A DNA stretch of 36,271 bases from a virus (Duplodnaviria > Heunggongvirae > Uroviricota > Caudoviricetes), in IMG/VR virus record IMGVR_UViG_2695420676_000012, one strand, 5' to 3'. The first letter of the stretch is position 1; every line of letters begins with the position of its first letter. The notes beneath the pieces were generated by a model, which saw nothing but the letters and a program-made list of their open reading frames with translations, had not been told where the DNA came from and did no database searches. Made by a program: the position numbers and the translations under genes. Below are positions 26,339-34,410 of the stretch, piece by piece.

Positions 26339-28246
26339 TTAGAACGATGTTACCCAGCTACGGCCTCTATTTGGGCGTCTGGCGATGTTTTGACGTTGCG
26401 GTCGTGTGATTGGCTTAGTTTCTTCGATTTGCTCGTCAGATTGCGATTCAGGAGCTTTTACGGGTTCTTCTTTAACGCTGTTTAAGCTGTCTTTCATTGC
26501 AATGAGTTTATCCCATGACATTTTTGAAAGGACGTAGCGAGAAGCAGCATAGCTATAAACCAGACAGTCGAGAGCCTCGTTTCGGGTACTACCTGGATTT
26601 TTCACCCAACGAACACCAGTAGTAGTACGCTTGATGGATTCACTCAAAAGCTGATCGAGATAATCATCAGGAACGGTTTCTGATATTTCTAAGCCAATAT
26701 GAGGATTATCTTTCAGGTTTCTAACCAGCATTTCACGAACAGCGGATTTACCAACGTTAACGCCCAGCATAAGCAATTCATGACCACCTGTGCGGGTAGG
26801 TTTAACCGGAATCACTGGAGCATTACCAGATGAACTACCTTTAATAGCGTGTAGGTTCTTCCACTTACCACAAATACGGTATCCGGCTTGAGTGAATCGA
26901 CCGTTTGATGTATCGAGGAAGCTGGCGAGCATTGGCACACGTTCACCATTAACGTTATAGAATTTGGTTTTCTTGAAGTTAACCAGACGATCCCATACAG
27001 GTGATTCGTATCGTTCACAGTTATGATCGTAAAAGCTACGGTGATCCAGAATGTAAACCTTATCTTTCGCTACACCTAAGATGGTAGATTCTGCGCGATC
27101 CAATTGCTGGTCAATTCCTGAGCACAAGAAAATCACGTCATCAGGGATATTCTCGATAGAAACATCTGTTTTGAGTTGTTCCAGTTCATTTGCTTCTACT
27201 GCCGTGTCCTGATCATCGTATACCTTGCCTAACACGGTGTTATAAAATGATTGTAAATCAAAGGATTGCCACGCATGACTAAAATCAACCACACAAGCGC
27301 GGATCGTGCTGAAAGGTGAATACAGACGGCTAATCCAGAATCCTGCTACTTCACTTTCACGGGTTGCTCTCCACTCGCCTTGCGCTACTGCCCTGATTCG
27401 TTCCCCTTCTGTCCATGCGTTCTTACAGTGGGGGCAAATATAACGAGCGGTATCAGGATCGGGTAAGTTCTTACCATCGATGTTACGCCATTCAAATTGA
27501 ACGTTTTCCCACTCGATCACCTGGTGTTCCCCGCAATGAGGACACGGAACAAAAAACATACGCATATCGCTTGATAACCATTGCTGGTTAATGCTTCCGA
27601 GCTTACTGGTCGGGGTACTGGATACGACTAATCGGCCTTCATCGCCAAAGGTAGTTAAACGGTTAGCAGCCAGTGCCACCGGATCACCTTCTTCTGAGGC
27701 TGTAGCAGCATCGATTTCGTCTAGTAGTCCGACCTTTGCGGTCTTACCACGTAGGGTCGATGGACTGGTTAGCGATACCATGTACAGGAAGTGATTCGTT
27801 TTTAGCTGTAGCTGGTTATTGTTGTTAACCGCATTGCGATCATTCTTGTCTGTAACCACGTCTTTTAATGCATCACATGCTTCGATAGACGGTCGGATCT
27901 TACCAGCGAGATATTGAGACATTTCTTTAGCGGTTGATTGTCCGATAATCATATTGCATGGATCGTTAGCCATCTGGTTAAACAGGATGCCGTTCAAGAT
28001 GGTAGTCTTTCCGATCTGCGCACTGGTCATCAGAACATACTTTTTCTTGTTCTCAAGGAAAGGAGCATCAATCATACCTTTCTGGAATGACAGCAATTTA
28101 ACTTTATCCCCAGCTTGAGGACCATCTACCAGCACCATATTAGCTTCGCACCATTCAGAAGGAAGGAGTTTAGGCGGTGGCGTAATATATTTGGCTGCAT
28201 TTCTGAGAATCTTTTTTAATTTGGCCTTATTAGAAATTAGTTTCAT
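26339..28246 (-). CDS. terminase large subunit, lambda gpA family, 635 aa
   Basis: Walker-A-like 'AQIGKTT'; 'PCPHCGEHQ' and 'YICPHCK' zinc-finger-like motifs; 'GIDQQLDR'; '[14 protein letters not shown]'; order and spacing match gpA as I recall it. Confidence 0.9.
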   Translation of the reverse strand: MKLISNKAKLKKILRNAAKYITPPPKLLPSEWCEANMVLVDGPQAGDKVKLLSFQKGMIDAPFLENKKKYVLMTSAQIGKTTILNGILFNQMANDPCNMIIGQSTAKEMSQYLAGKIRPSIEACDALKDVVTDKNDRNAVNNNNQLQLKTNHFLYMVSLTSPSTLRGKTAKVGLLDEIDAATASEEGDPVALAANRLTTFGDEGRLVVSSTPTSKLGSINQQWLSSDMRMFFVPCPHCGEHQVIEWENVQFEWRNIDGKNLPDPDTARYICPHCKNAWTEGERIRAVAQGEWRATRESEVAGFWISRLYSPFSTIRACVVDFSHAWQSFDLQSFYNTVLGKVYDDQDTAVEANELEQLKTDVSIENIPDDVIFLCSGIDQQLDRAESTILGVAKDKVYILDHRSFYDHNCERYESPVWDRLVNFKKTKFYNVNGERVPMLASFLDTSNGRFTQAGYRICGKWKNLHAIKGSSSGNAPVIPVKPTRTGGHELLMLGVNVGKSAVREMLVRNLKDNPHIGLEISETVPDDYLDQLLSESIKRTTTGVRWVKNPGSTRNEALDCLVYSYAASRYVLSKMSWDKLIAMKDSLNSVKEEPVKAPESQSDEQIEETKPITRPQRQNIARRPNRGRSWVTSF

Positions 28247-28289
28247 GTAATTACCCTCATTACGAAATATGAAGGTATTTATTAAATTG

Positions 28290-28317
28290 TTGATTTTTTG
28301 ATAAATACGGGTATTAA
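28290..28317 (+). promoter_or_regulatory. sigma70-like promoter candidate for the plus-strand gene at 28334
   Basis: 'TTGATT'-16 nt-'TATTAA' in the divergent region between the terminase and 28334 genes. Confidence 0.3.
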
Positions 28318-28333
28318 GATTTAAGGGGGTTGT

Positions 28334-28936
28334 ATGCTAATTAATCAGCAACAAAGAGATGAATTAGAATTAGCCTTGTCTTGTACCGATCATGAATATC
28401 GTTTGCCAGTAAAACATAAGCACTTAAGGACTGATTACACAACATCCGGTTTTAGCCGTGAGGAAGCGAAAGAGATTTTAATAGAATTTTACCGTGATAA
28501 TGGTTATACAGACGTTCACAACTTCTTTAAGAAGCATAGAACATCACATACAGAGTTTCGGAGAGTCCGAGATTGGTTTGATTTTGATATCAAGCGTTAT
28601 TATCGCATTGATGACGGTCCTATCTATCGGTTGCAGTGGAAGCCGATCCGAGAAGTGTTGAAACAGAAGAGATTGAATCACGCTATTACACGCTATCGTA
28701 ACGAGGCTTTTAAGAAAGGCTATGGTGATACAAGGGAATTGTTTGTAGAACTCGCTAACGTGCGATATAGCCACTATTACAACGATCCTAAGTCCTTCTT
28801 CGAAGTGCTGCGCAAGGTTGATATAAGTCGGGGTACATACTATTCACGGTTGAAGAAGTACGGGATTAAGGCAGAGTTCTTTATGTCGGTTGACGATGGA
28901 GAACTTTTTCCTATAAAATGTAAGTCCTCTAAATAA
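28334..28936 (+). CDS. basic Tyr/Arg-rich protein with C-terminal HTH-like module, 200 aa
   Basis: C-terminus '[25 protein letters not shown]' resembles the two small HTH proteins at 28966 and 32781; SD 'AAGGGGG'. Confidence 0.5.
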   Translation: MLINQQQRDELELALSCTDHEYRLPVKHKHLRTDYTTSGFSREEAKEILIEFYRDNGYTDVHNFFKKHRTSHTEFRRVRDWFDFDIKRYYRIDDGPIYRLQWKPIREVLKQKRLNHAITRYRNEAFKKGYGDTRELFVELANVRYSHYYNDPKSFFEVLRKVDISRGTYYSRLKKYGIKAEFFMSVDDGELFPIKCKSSK

Positions 28937-28965
28937 AGGTGAACATTCACTTTAATTTGGAGAAA

Positions 28966-29196
28966 ATGACTATGACTACTAAAGCTACTCGCGGTCGCCC
29001 TGCCCGTTTTAATCGTGAACAACTGGCAGCGATTGTAAAAGCGTACTATCAAGCACCGAAAGGTAAAGAGAACAAAGAACGGGTATTAAATGAGCATGGC
29101 TTATCTATAGCCCAGCTATACAAATCCCTACATAAAGTTGATTTGAAATTCTTTGTTCAGGTTGACGGTGAAATGGTAGAAGCAACAGGAATTTGA
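28966..29196 (+). CDS. small HTH DNA-binding protein (RP.KF.RE...HTH module), ~76 aa
   Basis: 'GRPARFNREQLAAIVKAYY...HGLSIAQLYKSLHK...VQV'; start at ATG with SD 'GGAGAAA' (track ORF opens with GTG at 28939); paralog of 32781-32960. Confidence 0.5.
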   Translation: MTMTTKATRGRPARFNREQLAAIVKAYYQAPKGKENKERVLNEHGLSIAQLYKSLHKVDLKFFVQVDGEMVEATGI

Positions 29197-29202
29197 TTCT
29201 CT

Positions 29203-29233
29203 AGGCCAATCCTTCGGGGTTGGCCTTTTTTAT
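29203..29233 (+). terminator. Rho-independent terminator
   Basis: 'aggccaa-tccttcgggg-ttggcct' followed by 'tttttat' immediately after the 28966-29196 gene. Confidence 0.6.
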
Positions 29234-29237
29234 ATCC

Positions 29238-29453
29238 GCTCAAAACTGAGCACATCTCTAAGTCATTGATTCTTCCGATGAGTCCAGATTTGGACTGATC
29301 TATAGATGCCCTCAAAACTGAGGAGATGTGCTTAAAGTTCAGCGTATCTATCTAAGTGGTTGATTCTTTCGAGAAATTCAAACTTGAATCAATCGGCGCA
29401 AAACTGCGCTCATCTCTAACCTATTGATTCTTCCGATAAATCCAAATCTGGAT
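29238..29453. repeat. three tandem ~65-85-nt units each carrying two conserved hairpins with compensatory substitutions (candidate structured RNA / protein-binding array)
   Basis: Hairpin 1: GCTCA-AAAC-TGAGC (29238), CCTCA-AAAC-TGAGG (29310), GCGCA-AAAC-TGCGC (29396). Hairpin 2: AGTCCA-GATT-TGGACT (29281), ATTCA-AACT-TGAAT (29376), ATCCA-AATC-TGGAT (29440). Conserved 'ttgattcttccgat' between them. Confidence 0.6.
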
Positions 29454-29465
29454 GCATCAGATACA

Positions 29466-29497
29466 AAAAAGCCCAGCGCAATTATGCGCCGGGCGAT
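29466..29497 (-). terminator. Rho-independent terminator for the minus-strand Rha-like operon
   Basis: Minus transcript 'gcccggcgc-auaau-gcgcugggc' followed by 'uuuuuu', directly after the 29501 stop. Confidence 0.5.
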
Positions 29498-29500
29498 TAA

Positions 29501-30334
29501 TCAGATCCCAAAATCAACAAGGGAAATTACGTTACCTGATTCACGAATCTGTTTAGCAGCTTTGTTTTGAATCAGAATAGTGTTATTTGGCTGCGGCAGT
29601 TTAAGAGTTGCTTTCTGTTCTTCTTCCAAAACGCCCAATTCAACCAGCACCGGAAGAACATCAACAGTAAACTCAAGCTGGTAATGAGCATTCATGCGGC
29701 AGAAAGACAGAGAAGAGTCATTAGCAACATACCCACACGGCTTGTTATTTTCATCATAGACGCGCTCAATGTAGCCAGCAGTACGTAAGGCCGTCAGTGC
29801 TTGTTTAACCTTCGTAGCGCCCTTTTTAGCGCCTAACAGACGTGTCATAGAATGGCTATCTACGGATTTGCGAATGTGTAGCTCAATCAGTTTTTTATTT
29901 TTGCGTTTTTCATCTAATGCCAGTTCGATCCAGTCGGTTTCTTCAAAGTCCGCATACGGGTTAACAGGAGTATTATTGGCGGTTTTCAGTTTCTCTTCCA
30001 GATAATTCCAACGGTCAACCAGTTGGCGAGTAAATTCCGGTACGTTTTGAGCAATCAAGACAATCGAATCTAAGCGACCTTGCTCACCCTCAAACACATA
30101 ATCTTTAACAGTAACAGCAAACCCTAAGTTATTGATTTTTTCGAAATTCTGCGTTGCAGGTTTTCGGATAACTTGGCGTTCAACCAGTCGGTTCATAGAA
30201 GTTTCAAGGTTTGAAAAACGAACTCCAATAAGGTCGGCAATTTCACGAAGAGTCATTTTTGCAACTTCGTTATCAACAACCAGAGACACGGAAGCAGTTT
30301 TAACAGCAGTATTCATAGTAGTAACAGTATTCAT
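29501..30334 (-). CDS. Rha-like phage regulatory protein (antirepressor-like), 277 aa
   Basis: N-terminal 'MTLREIADLIGVRFSNLETSMNRLVERQVI' resembles the Rha N-terminal DNA-binding motif; SD 'AAGGGG'. Confidence 0.45.
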   Translation of the reverse strand: MNTVTTMNTAVKTASVSLVVDNEVAKMTLREIADLIGVRFSNLETSMNRLVERQVIRKPATQNFEKINNLGFAVTVKDYVFEGEQGRLDSIVLIAQNVPEFTRQLVDRWNYLEEKLKTANNTPVNPYADFEETDWIELALDEKRKNKKLIELHIRKSVDSHSMTRLLGAKKGATKVKQALTALRTAGYIERVYDENNKPCGYVANDSSLSFCRMNAHYQLEFTVDVLPVLVELGVLEEEQKATLKLPQPNNTILIQNKAAKQIRESGNVISLVDFGI

Positions 30335-30423
30335 AGTAAAATTCCCCTTAAACGGTTTAGTGATATTGATCCTCCTAGTTCCGGCATCACCACCGGAACA
30401 TTTTTATTTATGATAGAAATTTA

Positions 30424-30756
30424 TTACCAATCGATTTCTACTTGGTCTTCTTCATAATAAGGAATCGCATATTCATAACGCCAATTTTCGATGATTTCAC
30501 GTTCTTCATTAGTAAGAAGGTGATTGTTAACTGGAGTCGCATTGTGATTACCAGCTTCGAATTGCTCGCGAACTTCCAGCATTGCATGAATACCAGTTAA
30601 GGTCATCAGATCAAACGGAACATGCATACTACGGGAGATAGTTTCACGGGATACACCCCAATCATTTTCTACATGGCTAGGGGTTACAGAAACGGTTTTG
30701 CCGGAGATTTTAACAGTCCAGTCATACAGGGATTTAGTGATGGTAAATTCTTTCAT
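30424..30756 (-). CDS. hypothetical protein, 110 aa
   Basis: ORF with SD 'AAGAGGA'. Confidence 0.5.
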   Translation of the reverse strand: MKEFTITKSLYDWTVKISGKTVSVTPSHVENDWGVSRETISRSMHVPFDLMTLTGIHAMLEVREQFEAGNHNATPVNNHLLTNEEREIIENWRYEYAIPYYEEDQVEIDW

Positions 30757-30802
30757 GTTACATCCTCTTTACAAATCTAGGTCAAATAGATTCAAAGTTG
30801 TC

Positions 30803-30830
30803 AAGTGCGATAATCATAAAAAAGTCAGAA
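30803..30830 (-). promoter_or_regulatory. sigma70-like promoter candidate (minus strand) inside an inverted TTGTCAA/TTGACAA pair
   Basis: Minus-strand 'TTGACA'-17 nt-'TATGAT'; plus strand shows 'ttgtcaa-tacccc-ttgacaa' inverted repeat at 30825-30847. Confidence 0.3.
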
Positions 30831-30876
30831 ATTTTTGTCAATACCCCTTGACAAGACGCCAAAGGGTTGACCTAAC

Positions 30877-31335
30877 TTACAGCATATCTAAGCCTTCATC
30901 GTAACCGTAGAAGCCACCGTGAGAAGAGAAACAGATTGGTGTGTAGTCGTCGTCATCTTCGTCTTGTTCATCTTCTTCTGGGGCTTCCTGAGCGGTTTCT
31001 TTACCATAATCAGCCATAATCTGGTCAAGATCGGCGATCCCATAGTAAGAGCCTAAATCAACGTCATATTCACGAACATCAAAAGGCAGGTCATCACGAA
31101 CAATAATTGCTGGAATATCGTTGTATTGAAGACGACCCTCATCAGTAAAACAGTCGATGATCACAGTAGGACGACCATTTCGTTTTAAAGCGTAGAAAGC
31201 AGTTGAGTAGTTGGAGTCTTCGGAATGACGAATGATGTTATAACCACGATGAGCGAAAACTTCTAGCATATGGAAGTTACCATAGTTTTCAGAGTCCAGA
31301 CCCAGAAGTACGAAAGGAGTTTTAGTATTGATCAT
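30877..31335 (-). CDS. hypothetical protein with strongly acidic C-terminal tract, ~152 aa
   Basis: Start placed at ATG with SD 'AGAGGA' (track ORF extends to 31365); C-terminal 'EEDEQDEDDDDY'. Confidence 0.5.
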   Translation of the reverse strand: MINTKTPFVLLGLDSENYGNFHMLEVFAHRGYNIIRHSEDSNYSTAFYALKRNGRPTVIIDCFTDEGRLQYNDIPAIIVRDDLPFDVREYDVDLGSYYGIADLDQIMADYGKETAQEAPEEDEQDEDDDDYTPICFSSHGGFYGYDEGLDML

Positions 31336-31355
31336 AGTGGTATCCTCTAAAAGAA

Positions 31356-31386
31356 AGTGAATCAAGTAAGTTCACTATTATTTATA
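31356..31386 (-). promoter_or_regulatory. TATAAATA box followed by GTGAA/TTCAC hairpin upstream of the 30877-31335 gene
   Basis: Minus-strand 'TTATAAATAatAGTGAActtacttgaTTCACT...AGAGGA...ATG'; same architecture as 4414-4456 and 32508-32537. Confidence 0.4.
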
Positions 31387-31588
31387 AAGAGAAAATTCTT
31401 GTTATTATGAAAGGTGATTGTATTCAGTCGGGCAAAGCCCTCCTTCATGATTTGATTAAATTATGATCAAAACGAAGAAGTATCTTTAGAATATAATAAT
31501 CTTTCTTTTGGAGAAATAATAATCAGGAAGTAATTTAGCAACCGAAGGTTGCAATCCCGAAGGGATACCAATACCTTTCATGATCATT

Positions 31589-31846
31589 AAAGTGATCTAG
31601 AATCATCTAGTAACCAGTTAACTACTATTATCTTCAAAGTGATTATTACTATCTTTCTAGAATCAGTTAGTAACTAGTATTAAATCCCTTTCGAGAAAAT
31701 CCTTTCAGAAGTGATTCTCGATGCCACGCAGTGGCGTCGCAGACGTTTGAGAGTGAGCGAAGCGAGCGAGCAAACTAGTTAATTCCTTCTAAGACCATCT
31801 AGTATCATCTAGTTTAAATTAGTTGTTACTAGAAGTAATTGGTTAG
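31589..31846. repeat. CTAG-rich imperfect direct/palindromic repeats in an ORF-free region
   Basis: 'aaagtgat' x3 (31589, 31636, 31708); 'tctagaatca(t/g)(c/t)tagtaac(c/t)agt' x2 plus variant 'tctaagaccatctagtatcatctag'; palindromes 'agttaact', 'actagt'. Confidence 0.45.
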
Positions 31847-32017
31847 CGCTTCGCGCAGTCGGGCTACGCCCTCCTAATTATCTTTTTGGTTATTTGTTGT
31901 TTTTAGTTTTACACATGAGCGTAGCGAATGTGTTATATAATATCTATGCACGCCCGATCCCCCGCTTTTACCCCTCGCTAAGTTAATGTTTTATAAAGAG
32001 TTTTTATCACCAATCCT

Positions 32018-32216
32018 TTTCAGGGGCAAAAATGAGGGGCAAAAATTAGATTTTCAGGGGCAATTATTGGCATTTCAGGGGCAAAAATGAGGGGCAAAAT
32101 CACTGTTTCCCAGAATTTCAGGGGCAAAAATAGTAGGTTTCAGGGGCAAAAATGGGATAGTAGAATCTTGGGGATTTTATTCGGGGGCAAAAATTCAGAA
32201 TTTCAGGGGCAATTCC
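32018..32216. repeat. direct-repeat (iteron-like) array: 9 copies of (T)TCAGGGGCAA(A)AAT core
   Basis: 'GGGGCAA' at 32023, 32036, 32057, 32078, 32091, 32121, 32143, 32184, 32206; exact 27-nt duplicate 'tttcaggggcaaaaatgaggggcaaaa' at 32018 and 32073; spacings 13/21/21/13/30/22/41/22 nt. Confidence 0.8.
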
Positions 32217-32408
32217 CATCAAATATTTTGATAGAAAATTCTTGTATATTATTTAATCAAAAAATCACCAAAAAGTGGCGTAAGTTAATGATTTAAAAAG
32301 AATTGTCAAAAGGTCTCCGTGCTATAATAGGTTATAAAGGTTGATAATCCTGATCTACAATTTTCAAACAAAAATTTTGATAGTCATTTCTCGCTTAGGT
32401 CAAGTGCA

Positions 32409-32437
32409 TTGACAACTGTCAAGGATTATTTTATACT
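32409..32437 (+). promoter_or_regulatory. consensus sigma70 promoter with palindromic -35 (TTGACA-AC-TGTCAA)
   Basis: 'TTGACA' (32409-32414), 17-nt spacer, 'TATACT' (32432-32437); -35 lies in a perfect inverted repeat. Confidence 0.55.
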
Positions 32438-32507
32438 TTTTCTCACTGGTGGGGGTTGAAATTTTCTAAACAGTCCCCATATAGATGATAAGCAAGAATT
32501 TCCACGT

Positions 32508-32537
32508 TATAAATACATGTGTGAAATGATTGTTCAC
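32508..32537 (+). promoter_or_regulatory. TATAAATA box followed by GTGAA/TTCAC hairpin
   Basis: 'TATAAATA' 32508-32515, hairpin 'gtgaa-atgattg-ttcac' 32521-32537. Confidence 0.4.
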
Positions 32538-32574
32538 TTCTGAAAATCTCCTGATTCACTGCTAATTCATACAT

Positions 32575-32600
32575 CACTGGTTAGATATACAGTGCTTTTT
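32575..32600 (+). terminator. terminator-like hairpin plus T-run in the leader region
   Basis: 'cactg-gttagatata-cagtg' followed by 'cttttt'. Confidence 0.4.
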
Positions 32601-32658
32601 CGGTTGAATATTGTACGAATTGATTAATAATTAATCTTCTCTTTAGCAATTCGTGCTC

Positions 32659-32686
32659 CCACTGATCGGATATACAGTGGTTTTAC
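32659..32686 (+). terminator. terminator-like hairpin plus T-run
   Basis: 'ccactg-atcggatata-cagtgg' followed by 'tttta...gggttttc'. Confidence 0.4.
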
Positions 32687-32707
32687 AGGGTTTTCTGACA
32701 ATCATTT

Positions 32708-32747
32708 TATAAATACAAGTGTTCAGAGCGAAATGCTCTTTTTTTAA
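32708..32747 (+). promoter_or_regulatory. TATAAATA box followed by hairpin plus T7 run (attenuator-like) before the 32781 gene
   Basis: 'TATAAATA' 32708-32715; 'agagc-gaaat-gctct' 32725-32739; 'ttttttt' 32740-32746. Confidence 0.4.
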
Positions 32748-32780
32748 GAAATTATTAATCCACATGTGAGGAATCGACTG

Positions 32781-32960
32781 ATGGCTAGACCTGTTAAGTT
32801 CACTCGTGAAATGATTGTTGATATTGCTAAACGCTTTTACAGCGACACTGAGCGAGGCGGGGAAAACTTCTTTAAGAAGGAAGGAATTGATAGAAGCGGA
32901 TTCTACAAGCTAATGAAGAAATACGAAATTCAGGTAAAGATTAACGTTCAAGTTTGTTAA
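32781..32960 (+). CDS. small HTH DNA-binding protein, paralog of 28966-29196 (~59 aa)
   Basis: 'ARPVKFTREMIVDIAKRFY...GIDRSGFYKLMKKYEIQVKINVQV'; start at ATG with SD 'GAGGA' (track ORF opens with GTG at 32766). Confidence 0.5.
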   Translation: MARPVKFTREMIVDIAKRFYSDTERGGENFFKKEGIDRSGFYKLMKKYEIQVKINVQVC

Positions 32961-33074
32961 TCCACTTTCACTGAGAATTATATGATGGCTTTAAAAAAGA
33001 AAAAGCCTCCCTTGTTGCAGCAAAGGAGGCTTGAAATGAACAATTAAAACTAACTTTCCACAGGAGTATTTATA

Positions 33075-34037
33075 ATGTTATTTTCCGCTAACTTTTTCAC
33101 TAACGAAGTAACCAACGCTAAAGCAGTTATCAAATTTGGCACCGAAGCAAACAAGAAGATTCAGCCGAAAGTTGTTGCTCATGTTTCCTTTGCGCAGCAG
33201 AAATCCGCTTTCGCTGGCTTTAAAGCACATCGTGAAGCACTGATCGCGGCTGGCTTTGGTGTTGACGGTAAACTGCCTAACGGCATTCGTAAAGCAATCG
33301 ACCGCGTTAAACCTGCTAAAGACGTTGCAGTAGACCACATCGTTACTTTCACCGTTAAGAACTCTTCTGAACTGTTCCACCTAGTGATTGCTGGTGATAC
33401 TGCTATCGTTTCCGCTCCTAACATGGATTTTCAGGATACCGCTGATTGCAACATTACCTTTGGTCGTCGTAAAGAAGTTACCGGAAAAGCTAAACTGAAC
33501 TTCACCAAATCCGGCAATCCTTACTTTGCTGTATTCTTTAACAGCCACGCTACTGAGAAAGAAGTAGTAGAACTGGTTGCATATGAAGGTGAAGAAAAAG
33601 CACGTATTGAATCTTGCGACGCTTTCGTAGAACTGGAAGCACAGGTTAATGCTGTTTCTCCGGTTGCTGTTGAAGATCGTTTCTCTGCACTGGAAGCACA
33701 GATCGCAGAACTGAAAGCTGCACTGAAAGAAAAAGACCAGATCATCGAAGCACAGAAAGCTGAGATTGAAGAACTGAAAGCTAAAGAAGTTGCTCCGGTT
33801 GCTGTTGAAGCAGATCAGGAAGTTGAATCTAAAGACTTCTTTACTCAAGCGGTTGAATCTAAAGACAAACAAGCTCTTTGGATTCTGCTTAACGAAAAGC
33901 GTACTGTTGCAGACGTTGCAGAATGGAACAAATACCTGATTAAGAAAAATGGTTCTTCCGTTCAATTCATCGATTTAATGACAGTTAAAGTTTTTGATGC
34001 GTTCGAAAATGTGTTCGACGTTCGCAAAGCAGCTTAA
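33075..34037 (+). CDS. hypothetical abundant protein with coiled-coil and internal 'SPVAVE/APVAVE' repeat, 320 aa
   Basis: Strong high-expression codon bias (ctg, cgt, gct, gaa, aaa); SD 'GGAG'; downstream of the consensus promoter. Confidence 0.6.
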   Translation: MLFSANFFTNEVTNAKAVIKFGTEANKKIQPKVVAHVSFAQQKSAFAGFKAHREALIAAGFGVDGKLPNGIRKAIDRVKPAKDVAVDHIVTFTVKNSSELFHLVIAGDTAIVSAPNMDFQDTADCNITFGRRKEVTGKAKLNFTKSGNPYFAVFFNSHATEKEVVELVAYEGEEKARIESCDAFVELEAQVNAVSPVAVEDRFSALEAQIAELKAALKEKDQIIEAQKAEIEELKAKEVAPVAVEADQEVESKDFFTQAVESKDKQALWILLNEKRTVADVAEWNKYLIKKNGSSVQFIDLMTVKVFDAFENVFDVRKAA

Positions 34038-34063
34038 TTTTTAATTTAATTGGAGACCCTACT

Positions 34064-34405
34064 ATGGCAACTTTAAACGAAAAAGCACTGTCCCGTAAAA
34101 CTCTGAAAGAGAAAAACATGATTCTTTCTGAAACGCTAAAACAGACTAATGCTGAGTGTGAATTTTTGACCATTAAACTTTCGATTAAAGAGAAAGAATG
34201 CAATGAGCTAATGGAAAAGTACAAATCCTTACATGATAATTACGTGAAACTTGGTGAAGGATTTAAAGCCATGCAAGAAGACTACAAGAAATCATTGAGG
34301 GAACAGATTAAACTACTTGAAGAATTGAAAGGGTATAGAGAAAAGTCCGTTAAAGAAAAGAAAATACAGAAGATGAAAAACAAAGGATTGCGTCTTGTTG
34401 CTTAA
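34064..34405 (+). CDS. Lys/Glu-rich coiled-coil protein, 113 aa
   Basis: ORF with SD 'GGAGA'; heptad-like charged sequence. Confidence 0.55.
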   Translation: MATLNEKALSRKTLKEKNMILSETLKQTNAECEFLTIKLSIKEKECNELMEKYKSLHDNYVKLGEGFKAMQEDYKKSLREQIKLLEELKGYREKSVKEKKIQKMKNKGLRLVA

Positions 34406-34410
34406 GACAA

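Noticed and set aside
29238-29453. tRNA genes in the three hairpin-containing units
   Set aside because: No cloverleaf can be drawn: no 7-bp acceptor stem, no GTTC-type T-loop, and only two short hairpins per unit.
31715-31870. tRNA or other known RNA gene in the GC-rich island
   Set aside because: No tRNA-like arms or conserved loops could be identified by eye; kept only as a candidate structured region.
32018-32216. CRISPR array interpretation of the GGGGCAA repeats
   Set aside because: Repeats are only ~13-15 nt with irregular 0-27-nt spacers, far from the 24-48-nt repeats and regular spacers of CRISPR arrays; no cas genes nearby.
32087-32296. 69-aa plus-strand ORF from the track
   Set aside because: It is a translation of the GGGGCAAAAAT repeat array (repeated 'RGK'/'FQGQ' peptides), with no SD and low-complexity sequence; a repeat artefact.
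33078-34224. Minus-strand ORFs (74-194 aa) antisense to the plus-strand genes at 33075-34405
   Set aside because: Antisense to strongly codon-biased genes; translations are Phe/Ser/Cys-rich low-complexity sequence.
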